Shown here: positions 1 to 9,372 of the stretch, piece after piece | Layout: every line of letters starts with the position of its first letter | Numbering within the stretch: the stretch's first letter is position 1 | Source: Dehalococcoidia bacterium | GTDB taxonomy: Bacteria; Chloroflexota; Dehalococcoidia; UBA2247; RBG-13-53-26 | NCBI GenBank assembly: GCA_016932645.1 | Contig: JAFGCL010000066.1 | Location: 1-48,245, forward strand | Direction of reading: 5' to 3' | Length of the DNA stretch: 48,245 nucleotides | The notes under the pieces: generated by a model | What the model was told of the DNA's origin: nothing | Seen by the model: the letters and a program-made list of their open reading frames with translations, nothing else | The model's database searches: none | Made by a program: the position numbers and the translations under genes

Positions 1-358
1 CTACGGCCAATATGATAGTGACCCAGCGGTTGATGAGAGACAGCCTAGTGAGCAGGTGCATTGTCTAGCCTCCTATGTGGTTGGCACAAGCATTGGAACG
101 CTGATGTGGGATTACTGCTGCGATGATGGAGACGTTCTGAGGACTGACAGCGCAGACGCTTGAGGTCGAACTATGCACGTGTTTCCAAAACAACTGAGTG
201 CCGATCTGGGGCCTGGCCAACTCCCGCCATATCTGCTGCCTTTGACCTTGGCGCCCTGGTATCAATTCTATAACAGGAAAGAGGCTGCGGTGTCAAATCA
301 TCCGGCGCACTCAGACTTATGCTTCACCCTAGCGGATGTCGGTTCATTCAGTGTGGAC

Positions 359-1315
359 TCAGATCAGCCGCATAACGATCTTTCCGAAGAGCGGGCCGAT
401 GAAGTAGCACATGAACGGCAGGAAGGCAGGTGTGAATCGCTGAGCCAGCGTCACCCTGTAGTCACCCAGGTAATCGCCGAAAGTCTTGTGCTGGTACTGC
501 AGCAGGAGTTGTGAATTCGACGTGTCGTAGTAGTCCAGGTAGAACGGCTGCTGCGTAAACTTGCGGGCCGGCGGCAGCGGCAACCTGAGGACCCCGAGAA
601 TGCCGCGTATCATGTCCTTGTAGAGCATCCTCCCTTTGGGGCCACCGCTGATGATCAGTGTATTCCCCTTGGCCGCTTCGAAGTTCACTATGGCGTTCAC
701 TATGGCCAGGGAGACCTCCTCCGGATGGCAGATCTCCAGCCTGTTGTTCAGCGGGATGCCATACAGGCGCCGGACGTCGGCCAACTCAAATACGGTGTAC
801 ATGGCTGCGGACAGGCGCAGTATCACATAGTCGACGCCGGACTCCCTAATCATGGTTTCGGCTTTGAACTTGGTCCGCCCGTAGACATCCTTGGGGTTAG
901 GGTGGTTCTTTTCCACGCTGATGGGCTCCGTCGCCGTTACGGTGGGGCCAAAGACGGCCACCGAAGATGTGAAAACAAAGGGGATATGCTTCCCGCTGGC
1001 TCTTATGGCATCAACCAGGGTCTGCGTGCCTCCGACGTTTACTTTCTCAGCCAAGCGCGGGTTGGCCTCAGTCACCGGAGGCAGAATACCTGCCATGTGA
1101 ACGACAGCATCGACGCCATCCATCGCCTGCTGCACAGAGCCGCCATCTGTAAGGTCTCCCCAGAACACATCTGCCTTCTTGCCCAGATCCCGGACGCTCT
1201 TGCGATTGCGCGGCGAGGGAAGATCAAACACCCTCACCCGGAAGCCCTTCTTCTGGAGCATCTTACAGACAGTAATGCCGAGCCTGCCGGCTCCACCGGT
1301 GACTAGTACGAGCAT
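359..1315 (-). CDS. NAD-dependent epimerase/dehydratase (extended SDR family)
   Basis: 318-aa ORF with the N-terminal Rossmann motif VLVTGGAGRLG and the catalytic YxxxK motif as YGRTK. The antisense ORFs over this span are low-complexity shadows. Confidence 0.85.
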   Translation of the reverse strand: MLVLVTGGAGRLGITVCKMLQKKGFRVRVFDLPSPRNRKSVRDLGKKADVFWGDLTDGGSVQQAMDGVDAVVHMAGILPPVTEANPRLAEKVNVGGTQTLVDAIRASGKHIPFVFTSSVAVFGPTVTATEPISVEKNHPNPKDVYGRTKFKAETMIRESGVDYVILRLSAAMYTVFELADVRRLYGIPLNNRLEICHPEEVSLAIVNAIVNFEAAKGNTLIISGGPKGRMLYKDMIRGILGVLRLPLPPARKFTQQPFYLDYYDTSNSQLLLQYQHKTFGDYLGDYRVTLAQRFTPAFLPFMCYFIGPLFGKIVMRLI

Positions 1316-1402
1316 TTCCCCCTCCTTGTCCAGAACTACTTCACACCGTCCAAACAGGCGATGTGACCACAGCAGTATCTTTTAGCTGCACAAACTATTT
1401 GC

Positions 1403-1431
1403 AGTATACCGATAGTGTGACTCATTGTCAA
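1403..1431 (-). promoter_or_regulatory. sigma70-type promoter candidate for the epimerase gene
   Basis: The minus strand reads TTGACA, a 17-nt spacer, then TATACT, about 85 nt upstream of the ATG at 1315. Read directly from the sequence. Confidence 0.45.
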
Positions 1432-1572
1432 TACAAACAGCGAGCGTCGGCAATCACGAATTCCTTTCATTTGATCCGCAGCTTCACAATGGTGCACTGC
1501 CGATGGCTTGAGGTAGGCTGTGAACCGACATTGCGGTACAATGTAGACCGCGCAGAAGCTTGGAGGTGACAG

Positions 1573-2304
1573 ATGTCATTCGTAATAACGGTATACGTGC
1601 CAACAGGTATAGTCATGGCCTCGGACAGCCGGCAGTCCATCACGATCGAGGGCAAGTCTCCTGATGGGAAGCCGATGCCGAAGATCGAGACGGTCAGTTC
1701 CGATTTCGTCTACAAGACCTATCTCCTAGCCAGGCAGAAAGTCGGCATCAACTCTTTCGGCGAAGCGCTTCTGGGGAAGATAACCACCGAGAGCCATATC
1801 AAACGCTTCTCCGAGGAAGTGCTGGATGATGATGACGACGTGACTACTATTCCGCGCAAGCTCATTGACTTCCTCAGACAGGATTTTCCACAGGCCGACT
1901 CGGCGTTCCACGTGGCGGGCTTCAAGAGGACGGGGAAGAAGAGCATCCCCTACGTATTCTTCTGCCATGTCGGCAAAGACAAGATCCAGAGACAAAACGT
2001 GGCCCCGGACACAGAGAACGTGGTCTATGGGGCGACGTGGGGTGGGCAGGCTGACATCATCGCCTCCCTGGTGCAGCCAACGCAGACACAGCCCAAACCG
2101 CCGATCATCTGGGATGCCATGACCATCCAGGATGCGGTGGATTTTGCCATCTATGCGGTGAGGACCACCATAGACACCATGCGATTCCAGGCCAGGCCCA
2201 AGAACGTCGGCGGTCCTGTGGATGTGCTTCTGGTCAGCGCAGACGAGCCACCACGTTGGATTCAGAGAAAGGAATACAAGGGCGAAATGGGAAGGTCAGT
2301 CTGA
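1573..2304 (+). CDS. hypothetical protein, proteasome-beta/HslV-like Ntn-hydrolase fold candidate
   Basis: 243-aa ORF with a GGAGG Shine-Dalgarno at 1562-1566, 6 nt before the ATG. The N-terminus MSFVITVYVPTGIVMASDSR aligns by eye with proteasome beta T1...G11-x5-D17-S-R, and a later VGGPVDVLLV resembles the C-terminal proteasome-fold strand. The coding call is solid. The fold assignment is inference. Confidence 0.6.
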   Translation: MSFVITVYVPTGIVMASDSRQSITIEGKSPDGKPMPKIETVSSDFVYKTYLLARQKVGINSFGEALLGKITTESHIKRFSEEVLDDDDDVTTIPRKLIDFLRQDFPQADSAFHVAGFKRTGKKSIPYVFFCHVGKDKIQRQNVAPDTENVVYGATWGGQADIIASLVQPTQTQPKPPIIWDAMTIQDAVDFAIYAVRTTIDTMRFQARPKNVGGPVDVLLVSADEPPRWIQRKEYKGEMGRSV

Positions 2305-2355
2305 ATTCGGTCCGGGGCGTGCCGGATGCATCGGGCCTGTGTTGAATGACTTCGG

Positions 2356-4443
2356 TCAATCGAGTGAGATGACGTTGCCGTAAGCGTCGTAGGCGTCGCT
2401 GCAGGTGAAGAGCAGTATCTGATTATCCTTGGCCAGTTGCTGTAGCAGTCCCATCATTCGCTTCAGTCTCTTCTCGTGGTAGTTGACAAAGGGATCATCC
2501 AGCAGCAGCGGTGGTTTCTTCCCTTCGGTCACAAGCCTGATCAGAGCGAACCTGGCTGAGATGTAGAACTGGTCCTGAGTGGCCCGACTGAGATCACGCA
2601 CGCTGACCTTCTCGCCGCTTTCCGCCGAGTACGTAGAGATGGACAGGTCCCTGTTATCGATCTCGACCCGGGAGTACCTGCCATCGGTAATGGTGGAGAT
2701 GTACCTCCCCAACTCACGATCAAGCACGCTGGCGGCTCTGGACACCGTCTGCGTATAGGCCTCATCCAGAGTCTCACGCGTGATATCGTAGACCCTTTTC
2801 TTCCGCTCCCAGAATTTGGCCTCCTGCTCCAGCCAATCCAACTCCTCGTCAACGGCAGCCAACCTTTCCGTGTCTACTTCAGTGGCTTCCAGGCCACCCT
2901 CCAGCCTGGCCCTGCTGCTATCGAGTTCGGCCTTTTGCTTCTGGAGTTGGTTCACACCAGTCTCCAATTCCTGCAGTTGGAGAGGATCCATCTTGAAACC
3001 GAGCAGTTCTTTGAGTTCTTTCTGCCTCGCGCTGATCTGCAAGTCCAAGTCCCTGTTCTCCAACTCGAAGGCAGACCAGGCGCGGTCTCCGGTGATGCCG
3101 CTGAGCTTGTGGGCTGTCTCGTTTCTCTTGTCAATCTGCCTGTCGCACTTGCCTAGCTGCCTGACGTACTCGTCGTAGTCCTGGAATCCAAACTGGCTCA
3201 GGGCATTCTGCAGCGCCCGCTCATTCTTACGTATCGTTACTTCGCCTTTGAGAAGGTTGGCCTGCGCTAACCGGACACGTCTGCGCCAAGCCAGCCGGCG
3301 GTCCAGAGCGTATGCCAGGAGAACAATCCCTACCACAGCCGCCGGGATGCCTGCCACATAAGCCTTGAAAAGGGGAATAACCACGACCCCGGCTACCAGC
3401 ATCGTCGTTCCCAGTAGGACGGGCCACACCAATGGTCTCTCCGTACTGACCGCTTCCAGGTCACTCTCCAGATGAGACTGCTGGATCCTGAGACGTTCGC
3501 CCTCCGTCCTGATATCCGAGACCAGGGCCCTCTTGTCTTCTGCATCGATGAAAGGGGCAAACTCCTTCAGTTCCTGGTCCATACGTTCCAGTTCCGTCCG
3601 CAGCTCCTTGGCTCTTCTGTAGTTGTCATACTGCCTCTTGCCCGCTTCTATGTCTGATTCCATCTCCAGCATCTTCTTGGCCTTCTGCAAGAGGGCTTCT
3701 GCGAGCGGAAGCCCGGTCTCTATCCGGGCCAACTGCTCTTTGACTGAGTTCAGCTTCTTTCGGTTCTCCATCACCAGCTTGACTTTGGCAGCCAGGTCCG
3801 CCTTCTGGCTTCTCAGACTGTTCGCCCGCTCGTTGATGCGCTGAAGGTGCCAATGAGGGCCCTTGGCTTCCTTGCGGGTTGTCTTGGAGAGCAACTTGGC
3901 CAGGATGGATCGCATATCCACCGCCCCCCCATTCCCGATAGAAGCCTGGAGTCTCTGGCTGATAGTGCCCAGAGCCCTCTGTTGTTCGCTCGGAGAAACC
4001 CCTTTGGGCACTATCTTGACCAACTCCTCCTGGCCGATGCACGCAGTGCTTTCGAAGAACACCTCAGAGGGACAACCGGTGAACTCAGCCATCTTGGCCG
4101 CTATGGCGCTCTTGTTGCTGGCAATCACGCGAGAAGACCTGGCGTCGACCATCTGACTTGACCTGGTCTTCAAGCTCTTCACCAACCGGAATGCGCCGGA
4201 ATCGTCCTCGAAGTCGAGTTCAATCTCCCATGGCTCTTCGGCTCCCCAACTCGTCAGGCCAACCACGTCCTCACGGCTGGTGTTGGGGTCTTGAAACAGA
4301 GCCTTGGTTATCGCCATGCGAAGTGACGACTTGCCCGACTCGTTGTCGCTGCCCTTTATGATGTTCAGTCCAGGAGAGAACTCAATGACGCGGCCGTCAT
4401 TGATGGCCCTGAACCTTCTTACTCGAATCCTTTTAAGTATCAC
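2356..4443 (-). CDS. SbcC/Rad50-like AAA ATPase with a central membrane hairpin (YhaN/SbcE-like)
   Basis: Walker A GSDNESGKSS near the N-terminus, long charged coiled-coil-like arms, and a C-terminal Walker B LLLLDDPF. Two adjacent hydrophobic helices (LVWPVLLGTTMLVAGVVVIPLF and IPAAVVGIVLLAYAL) sit in mid-protein. The start is placed at GTG 4443 rather than the track start 4527, because it forms a GTGA overlap with the upstream stop at 4440-4442. Confidence 0.8.
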   Translation of the reverse strand: MILKRIRVRRFRAINDGRVIEFSPGLNIIKGSDNESGKSSLRMAITKALFQDPNTSREDVVGLTSWGAEEPWEIELDFEDDSGAFRLVKSLKTRSSQMVDARSSRVIASNKSAIAAKMAEFTGCPSEVFFESTACIGQEELVKIVPKGVSPSEQQRALGTISQRLQASIGNGGAVDMRSILAKLLSKTTRKEAKGPHWHLQRINERANSLRSQKADLAAKVKLVMENRKKLNSVKEQLARIETGLPLAEALLQKAKKMLEMESDIEAGKRQYDNYRRAKELRTELERMDQELKEFAPFIDAEDKRALVSDIRTEGERLRIQQSHLESDLEAVSTERPLVWPVLLGTTMLVAGVVVIPLFKAYVAGIPAAVVGIVLLAYALDRRLAWRRRVRLAQANLLKGEVTIRKNERALQNALSQFGFQDYDEYVRQLGKCDRQIDKRNETAHKLSGITGDRAWSAFELENRDLDLQISARQKELKELLGFKMDPLQLQELETGVNQLQKQKAELDSSRARLEGGLEATEVDTERLAAVDEELDWLEQEAKFWERKKRVYDITRETLDEAYTQTVSRAASVLDRELGRYISTITDGRYSRVEIDNRDLSISTYSAESGEKVSVRDLSRATQDQFYISARFALIRLVTEGKKPPLLLDDPFVNYHEKRLKRMMGLLQQLAKDNQILLFTCSDAYDAYGNVISLD

Positions 4444-5561
4444 TCGATTACCTGCGGCCCCTTCTGAATCAAGGCGACTCCCAGCCTTAGGGCCTCTGCG
4501 TACATGCCCTTCTCGTCCGGAGAACACTTCGCCATTCTGGCTTCCATTGCCCTTATGAAACCCCCGGCAACCGTATCCTGAGGGTAGTCCTCTTTCGGAA
4601 CATCGTCGAGTCTCTCGGATGCACGGTCCAACACCCTGAGGCAGAAGAACCGCCCTCCCAGCTCTTCCTCGAGTTCGCGAGGATCAAGTGGGCGTTCTAG
4701 ATACGGTATCCCTTTCAGTATCACTTCCAGAATCAGGTTCGGGTCTGCTTTGGCTGAGATGATCTGGGCGATATCCTCGAGTGACTTAACCAACTCCAGG
4801 TTTATCGTCATCTGGTCAAAAACCCTGCTGCCGACCTGAATCTGCTGAACATCGACTTTGCCTGTGTCATGGATAGTGACCAAAGCCACACTGCCGGCAC
4901 CCTTCTGGTCCATGCTTATTGGTTCAGGGGAGCCGCAATAGAAAGCCTTGGTGGTCCCTTGACTGCAATCGCGGAACGAATGCCAGTGCCCGAGTGCCAG
5001 GTAGTCCAACCGCGACGCGCCTATCTCATTCTTGTCAACGACCATGGCTTCTTTGTCAGTCACACCATCCATCCTCAGCGAGCAGTGAGCCATGCCAACA
5101 TGAAGCCTGGAATCTGCGCAGAGGGAAAGGCCCTGAAGAGCGCTGGCGCCGACCAGTTTGCCATCGGAGGCTTTCCCGTAAACGGTCAGTTCCAGGTCTG
5201 CGTATGTCTGAGAGACTCGCTGGGGAGTGAGCACCGTCACGTTTGCAGGGAAGTCCACGAACCGATATATAGAGTCTTCGCTGTAGGCGTCATGCGTACC
5301 GGGCAAGACACACGCGCGGATACCGGCTGCCTGGAGCTTCTTGAATGAGGCCAGTACGGCGCGGACGGGTGTTCCCATAACGGCGTTGGTGTCGAACAGG
5401 TCCCCGGCGATCAGAAGGAGAGACACGTTCTGACGTGTGGCCAGGTTGATGATCTGTTCAAAGGTGGACAGCAACTGCCGGCGGTACTCGGGCCCCTTCT
5501 CACGCAGCGAAGGAAACTCATGGCCAAGATGAACGTCGGCCGTATGCAGTATCCTGATCAT
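4440..5561 (-). CDS. SbcD/Mre11-like metallophosphoesterase (DNA repair exonuclease, YhaO/SbcF-like)
   Basis: Calcineurin-like phosphoesterase motifs ILHTADVHLG, IAGDLFD, LPGTHD and GHWH. The start is trimmed to ATG 5561 (MIRILHTADVHLG). The 88-aa upstream extension in the ORF track is Arg/Pro-rich and runs into fabF. Confidence 0.85.
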   Translation of the reverse strand: MIRILHTADVHLGHEFPSLREKGPEYRRQLLSTFEQIINLATRQNVSLLLIAGDLFDTNAVMGTPVRAVLASFKKLQAAGIRACVLPGTHDAYSEDSIYRFVDFPANVTVLTPQRVSQTYADLELTVYGKASDGKLVGASALQGLSLCADSRLHVGMAHCSLRMDGVTDKEAMVVDKNEIGASRLDYLALGHWHSFRDCSQGTTKAFYCGSPEPISMDQKGAGSVALVTIHDTGKVDVQQIQVGSRVFDQMTINLELVKSLEDIAQIISAKADPNLILEVILKGIPYLERPLDPRELEEELGGRFFCLRVLDRASERLDDVPKEDYPQDTVAGGFIRAMEARMAKCSPDEKGMYAEALRLGVALIQKGPQVIE

Positions 5562-5704
5562 GCTGCTCCGTGCTTCAGGCCACCGGGCATGTGGTGAGTG
5601 GATGAGTAGCCGTAGTCTAGAAGAAAGCGGGCCAAGTGTCAATTCAAGCGGTTCCGGGCGGGTCGTTGCCGGAGGCGCCCGGGTCTCGCCGCTGGGGCTC
5701 GAAA

Positions 5705-6955
5705 TCACCCGCGATAGCGCCGGAAGACCAGCACGGAGTTGTGTCCGCCGAAGGCGAAGGAGTTGGACATCGCCGTATCCACCGTTGCTGTACGTGCCTG
5801 GTGCGGCACGTAGTCGAGATCGCACTCAGGGTCGGGATGGTCGAGGTTGATGGTGGGTGGGATCATGCCCTTGTCTATGACCAGGACGCATGTTGCCGCC
5901 TCGATGGCGCCGGTTGCCCCAAGGAGGTGGCCGGTCATCGATTTGGTACCTGAGACGGGGACGCGGCGGGCCTCAGACCCGAAGACACTCTTGATGGCCA
6001 GGGTCTCCACGCGGTCGTTAAGCAGGGTGGAAGTCCCGTGGGCATTTATGTAGTCGATATCGCCAGGGCCTAACTCTGCTCTTTCAAGGGCGCTCCGCAT
6101 GGCCCTGATGGCGCCATCACCTTCCGGAGACGGCTGGGTGAGGTGGAAGGCATCGTTTGTGGCGCTGTACGCCGCCAGTTCGGCTAGGATGTTGGCGCCG
6201 CGGCCTAGGGCATGATCGAGACTCTCCAGTACCAGCATACCGGCTCCCTCGCCCATCACGAATCCGTCGCGTCCCGCATCGAACGGGCGGCAGGCCTGCT
6301 GCGGGTTGTCGTTTCTGGTAGACAAGGCCCTGGCGGCACTGAAAGCCGCAATGGCAATCGGGCCGACTGGCGCTTCAGTTCCCCCGGCAACAGCAACGTC
6401 TGCCTCCTCGTGTCTTATCATCAGGTAGCCTTGACCGATCGCATCACTGCCACTCGAGCATGCAGATGAGACCGAGAAGTTCGGGCCCTTGAGGCCGAAC
6501 ATGAGGGCAATCTGCACGCCGGCGGCATCGCTGGTCATGGTCGGCGCCAGTATGGGGCTGATCTTCCTGGGCCCCTCCCTTTCGAGAACGTCCAGTTCAC
6601 GGCAGACGGAACGCAGCCCACAAACGCTGTTGCCAATGACCACGCCGGTTCGTTCGGCTGTTCCGTTCGCTGTCTTCAGTCCGCTCATGGTCATCGCCTC
6701 CATGCTGGCAACGACGGCGAACTGGGTGAACCTGTCCATTCTATGGGCTTCCCTGCGCGAGATGTACTGGCCAATGTCGAATCCCTTTACTTCTGCAGCG
6801 AATTTGACGGCAAAAGGCGCAGTATCGAAAGAGTCGATGTAGTCGATACCAGACCGGCCAGCAAGGAGTGATTGCCACGCTTCCGAGATCGAAAGGCCAA
6901 CAGGGGTAACGCCTCCAAGCCCCGTAACCACGACACGTTTCTTGCTGTTTAGCAC
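5705..6955 (-). CDS. fabF: beta-ketoacyl-ACP synthase II
   Basis: 416-aa ORF with the KAS II Cys-His-His triad contexts SSACSSGSDAIG, NAHGTST and MTGHLLGATG, and an N-terminal RVVVTGLG. Confidence 0.95.
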   Translation of the reverse strand: MLNSKKRVVVTGLGGVTPVGLSISEAWQSLLAGRSGIDYIDSFDTAPFAVKFAAEVKGFDIGQYISRREAHRMDRFTQFAVVASMEAMTMSGLKTANGTAERTGVVIGNSVCGLRSVCRELDVLEREGPRKISPILAPTMTSDAAGVQIALMFGLKGPNFSVSSACSSGSDAIGQGYLMIRHEEADVAVAGGTEAPVGPIAIAAFSAARALSTRNDNPQQACRPFDAGRDGFVMGEGAGMLVLESLDHALGRGANILAELAAYSATNDAFHLTQPSPEGDGAIRAMRSALERAELGPGDIDYINAHGTSTLLNDRVETLAIKSVFGSEARRVPVSGTKSMTGHLLGATGAIEAATCVLVIDKGMIPPTINLDHPDPECDLDYVPHQARTATVDTAMSNSFAFGGHNSVLVFRRYRG

Positions 6956-7458
6956 GTGGATTGCCTCCTCATCGGATACTGACAGTATACGAAAAACATC
7001 GAACGAGTACTATACGCCTGAGTGCATGTCCATTCTTCGCGCTCACAGAAACCCGAGAGAGCCCGCGAGGAAGCAGCGGCCTGTTGTTGGGTTCGCCCGG
7101 AGGGCACTGATGATGCATCGGTATACGATGTATGGTACAGCGAAAGCCCGTGCCGTGTAAAGGCAGCGATCGCGATGCTTTCGTAGAAATCCGACGGTCC
7201 CTGTGCAAGCATGGTCTGGTGGAAATGCCTAGAGGATGATCTGGAAGGATGCACAGAAACGCCGGAATGTTTGATCGAGAGATGCCACTGACATGGGCAT
7301 TGCCTGTGCCCGGCCGCTAGACGACCTGTGTCGTCTAGCCAGTCGTAAGAGGCGAGATGTCGGATACCTGCGGAGGTGAAGGCGACGCTGTCTGTACCGC
7401 GGAGCGGGGTGTATACTATGTCCTTGCGTCGTCGCGGGCAGAATTCGGGAGGTGCTGT

Positions 7459-8025
7459 ATGAAACGCATGGTTGAGAGTCAAGGTGCAGTGAACATGCTT
7501 CTGCTGTTCTTGGCAGTTGCTGTCATAACCGGGCTGTACTCAACTTTCCTTGCGCACGCTCTCTCAAATGATGTCGACCGACTGGAAGCGCAAGTCGCTG
7601 CCCTGGAAGACGGAGCGGCGAGCCAGAGCACCTCCGTGTCAAGTCTCACTGATAACGTCACCGCCCTGTCTGCCGAACTGGCTGGACTGACGGCTCCGAT
7701 TGCCCCCGCAGATTACGGTCCGTACGTGCTCGAAGTAACGTCGAACAGCGCCCGCGTATCGTTGTCTCTTGACGGTCTGGATAGAGTTGTCTTTGAGTGG
7801 GCTCTCGATGGCAGAAAGACGGCCTGGTGGGTCACCGATCCGTACGGGAACCAGTACGTCGATGGGTACAGCAGGATCTTCGACACCGGCGGCAGCGCTG
7901 CCTTTGTGGTTCCCGTACAGGGTGATTACAGCATATGGTTTACCAATGCGGATCCTCTGAGCAAGTGTATAGTGACCCTGTATGTCAGAGTGCATCGCGC
8001 TCCCTATGTGTCAGGAGGATCATAG
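7459..8025 (+). CDS. hypothetical membrane-anchored protein (N-terminal TM, coiled-coil segment, beta-rich C-terminal domain)
   Basis: The start is chosen at ATG 7459, preceded by GGGAGG at 7447-7452. A hydrophobic anchor LLLFLAVAVITGLYSTFLAHAL is followed by DRLEAQVAALE. No family recognised. Confidence 0.55.
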   Translation: MKRMVESQGAVNMLLLFLAVAVITGLYSTFLAHALSNDVDRLEAQVAALEDGAASQSTSVSSLTDNVTALSAELAGLTAPIAPADYGPYVLEVTSNSARVSLSLDGLDRVVFEWALDGRKTAWWVTDPYGNQYVDGYSRIFDTGGSAAFVVPVQGDYSIWFTNADPLSKCIVTLYVRVHRAPYVSGGS

Positions 8026-8171
8026 CATCGTTCAGACATGCCGTCTGTGGGATGGAGGACCATCGTGCTGCCAGAGACTAAAACCGCAGGTTGAAAGAAG
8101 GACCGTTGGTCATCCAAGGGGTGGTCGAGGTGTTCCCGGTCCGTCATCTTGACACTGCCCGTTGAGAGCAA

Positions 8172-9350
8172 GTGAGACTCGGCTATTACATCACACACTT
8201 CCCCTATGTGGGAGAGGGAACACCAAGCACGCATGATTATGCTTGCGGCGGAGCAGAGTGGGCTGCCTACCATCTGGCGGTCGAGATCGCGCAGAGAGGT
8301 CATGAAGTCAAGGTGTTCACGGCCTCCGCGGGTCATAAAGATGACATCGAATACCACCGTGGCGTGGCTGTGTATCGCTACGGCACCAGTTTCTCCGTCG
8401 AAAGCTCGAGCGTCTCTATGGGGATGCTTCGGAAGCCATCAGAGCACTCTCTGGATGTTGTCCACGCCCACTTCACAGTTCCGCCGGCCTCGTATGCGGC
8501 GTTGTGGCATGCCCGACGCAAGAAGACACCCCTGATTGTCACCTACCATAGTGAGCAGAGAGCAGGATACGGTAGCCTCGTTCGCAGAGTCGGGGCGATG
8601 GTCGACAATCTGCTCGTCAGGCACAGTCTGCTGCCTAACGCTACCTCCATCATCTCGCCATCTCAACACTATGTTGATGAATCGCCTTTCTTGAGGGAAC
8701 ACAAGCACAAAGTGGTGTCGATTCCGAACGGAGTGAACCTCGAGGATTTCGAGATACCTTATACCAAAGAGGAATGCAGGCAGAGACTGGGCCTCCCTGA
8801 AGATGCCAGGATAGTACTGTTCATGGGATCGCTATCACCTCAGAAGGCGCCGGATGTCCTGGTGAAGGCGTTACCTGCTGTCGTACAGAGTATTCCGAAT
8901 GTGATTCTGCTTGTCGTGGGAACAGGAGCAATGAGGCAGAAGCTTGAGCAGCTTGCCAGAGATCTGGACATATGCCGGTCGGTCACGTTTGCCGGACTGG
9001 CAGAGTACCGCTCTCGGTCACTATACTATAAGGCATCGGATGTCTTTGTCTTGCCCTCAATTGAAGAGACTTTTGGCATCGTGCTCCTGGAGGCTTCTGC
9101 GTCCTGTCTGCCCATGGTTGTCAGTGACTTGCCCACTTTCAGATGGATTATCAAGGACGGCTACAATGGTGTTGTGGTGAAGAAGGGAGATCAATCGGAT
9201 CTTGCCCGGGCATTGATTCGCCTGTTCAGTGATGACCAACTCAGAACGGGGCTGGGACAGAATGCTAGAGGACGAGTTGGGGACTACTCGTGGCCTGCAG
9301 TTGCCGAGGAGACTGAGAGACTCTATCTGGCTGTGCTGAAGGCATCGTGA
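8172..9350 (+). CDS. glycosyltransferase, GT-B fold (GT4-like)
   Basis: 392-aa ORF with a GTG start. The C-terminal donor-binding region LPSIEETFGIVLLEASASCLPMVVSD carries the E-x7-E type motif typical of GT4. Confidence 0.85.
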   Translation: MRLGYYITHFPYVGEGTPSTHDYACGGAEWAAYHLAVEIAQRGHEVKVFTASAGHKDDIEYHRGVAVYRYGTSFSVESSSVSMGMLRKPSEHSLDVVHAHFTVPPASYAALWHARRKKTPLIVTYHSEQRAGYGSLVRRVGAMVDNLLVRHSLLPNATSIISPSQHYVDESPFLREHKHKVVSIPNGVNLEDFEIPYTKEECRQRLGLPEDARIVLFMGSLSPQKAPDVLVKALPAVVQSIPNVILLVVGTGAMRQKLEQLARDLDICRSVTFAGLAEYRSRSLYYKASDVFVLPSIEETFGIVLLEASASCLPMVVSDLPTFRWIIKDGYNGVVVKKGDQSDLARALIRLFSDDQLRTGLGQNARGRVGDYSWPAVAEETERLYLAVLKAS

Positions 9351-9372
9351 ATCACCGCCGAGGCGTTTCGGA

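Noticed and set aside
1-358. Window start, checked for a partial gene
   Set aside because: No frame gives an open reading frame with recognisable motifs reaching the window edge. It is left unannotated.
5562-5825. 88-aa N-terminal extension of the SbcD-like ORF in the track
   Set aside because: The extension is Arg/Pro-rich and overlaps the 3' end of fabF. The conserved phosphoesterase motif I begins immediately after the internal ATG at 5561.
7239-7250. AUCU-GGAA-GGAU tetraloop hairpin followed by GCAC, superficially like SRP RNA domain IV
   Set aside because: The flanking sequence does not form the long extended helix of 4.5S/SRP RNA, and the conserved symmetric-loop residues do not line up.
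6949-7482. 177-aa minus-strand ORF filling the fabF upstream region, checked as a possible acpP or other fatty-acid gene
   Set aside because: It has no ACP DSL(D) motif or any other recognisable motif, it overlaps the fabF start and the divergent gene, and its composition is Ser/Arg-rich.
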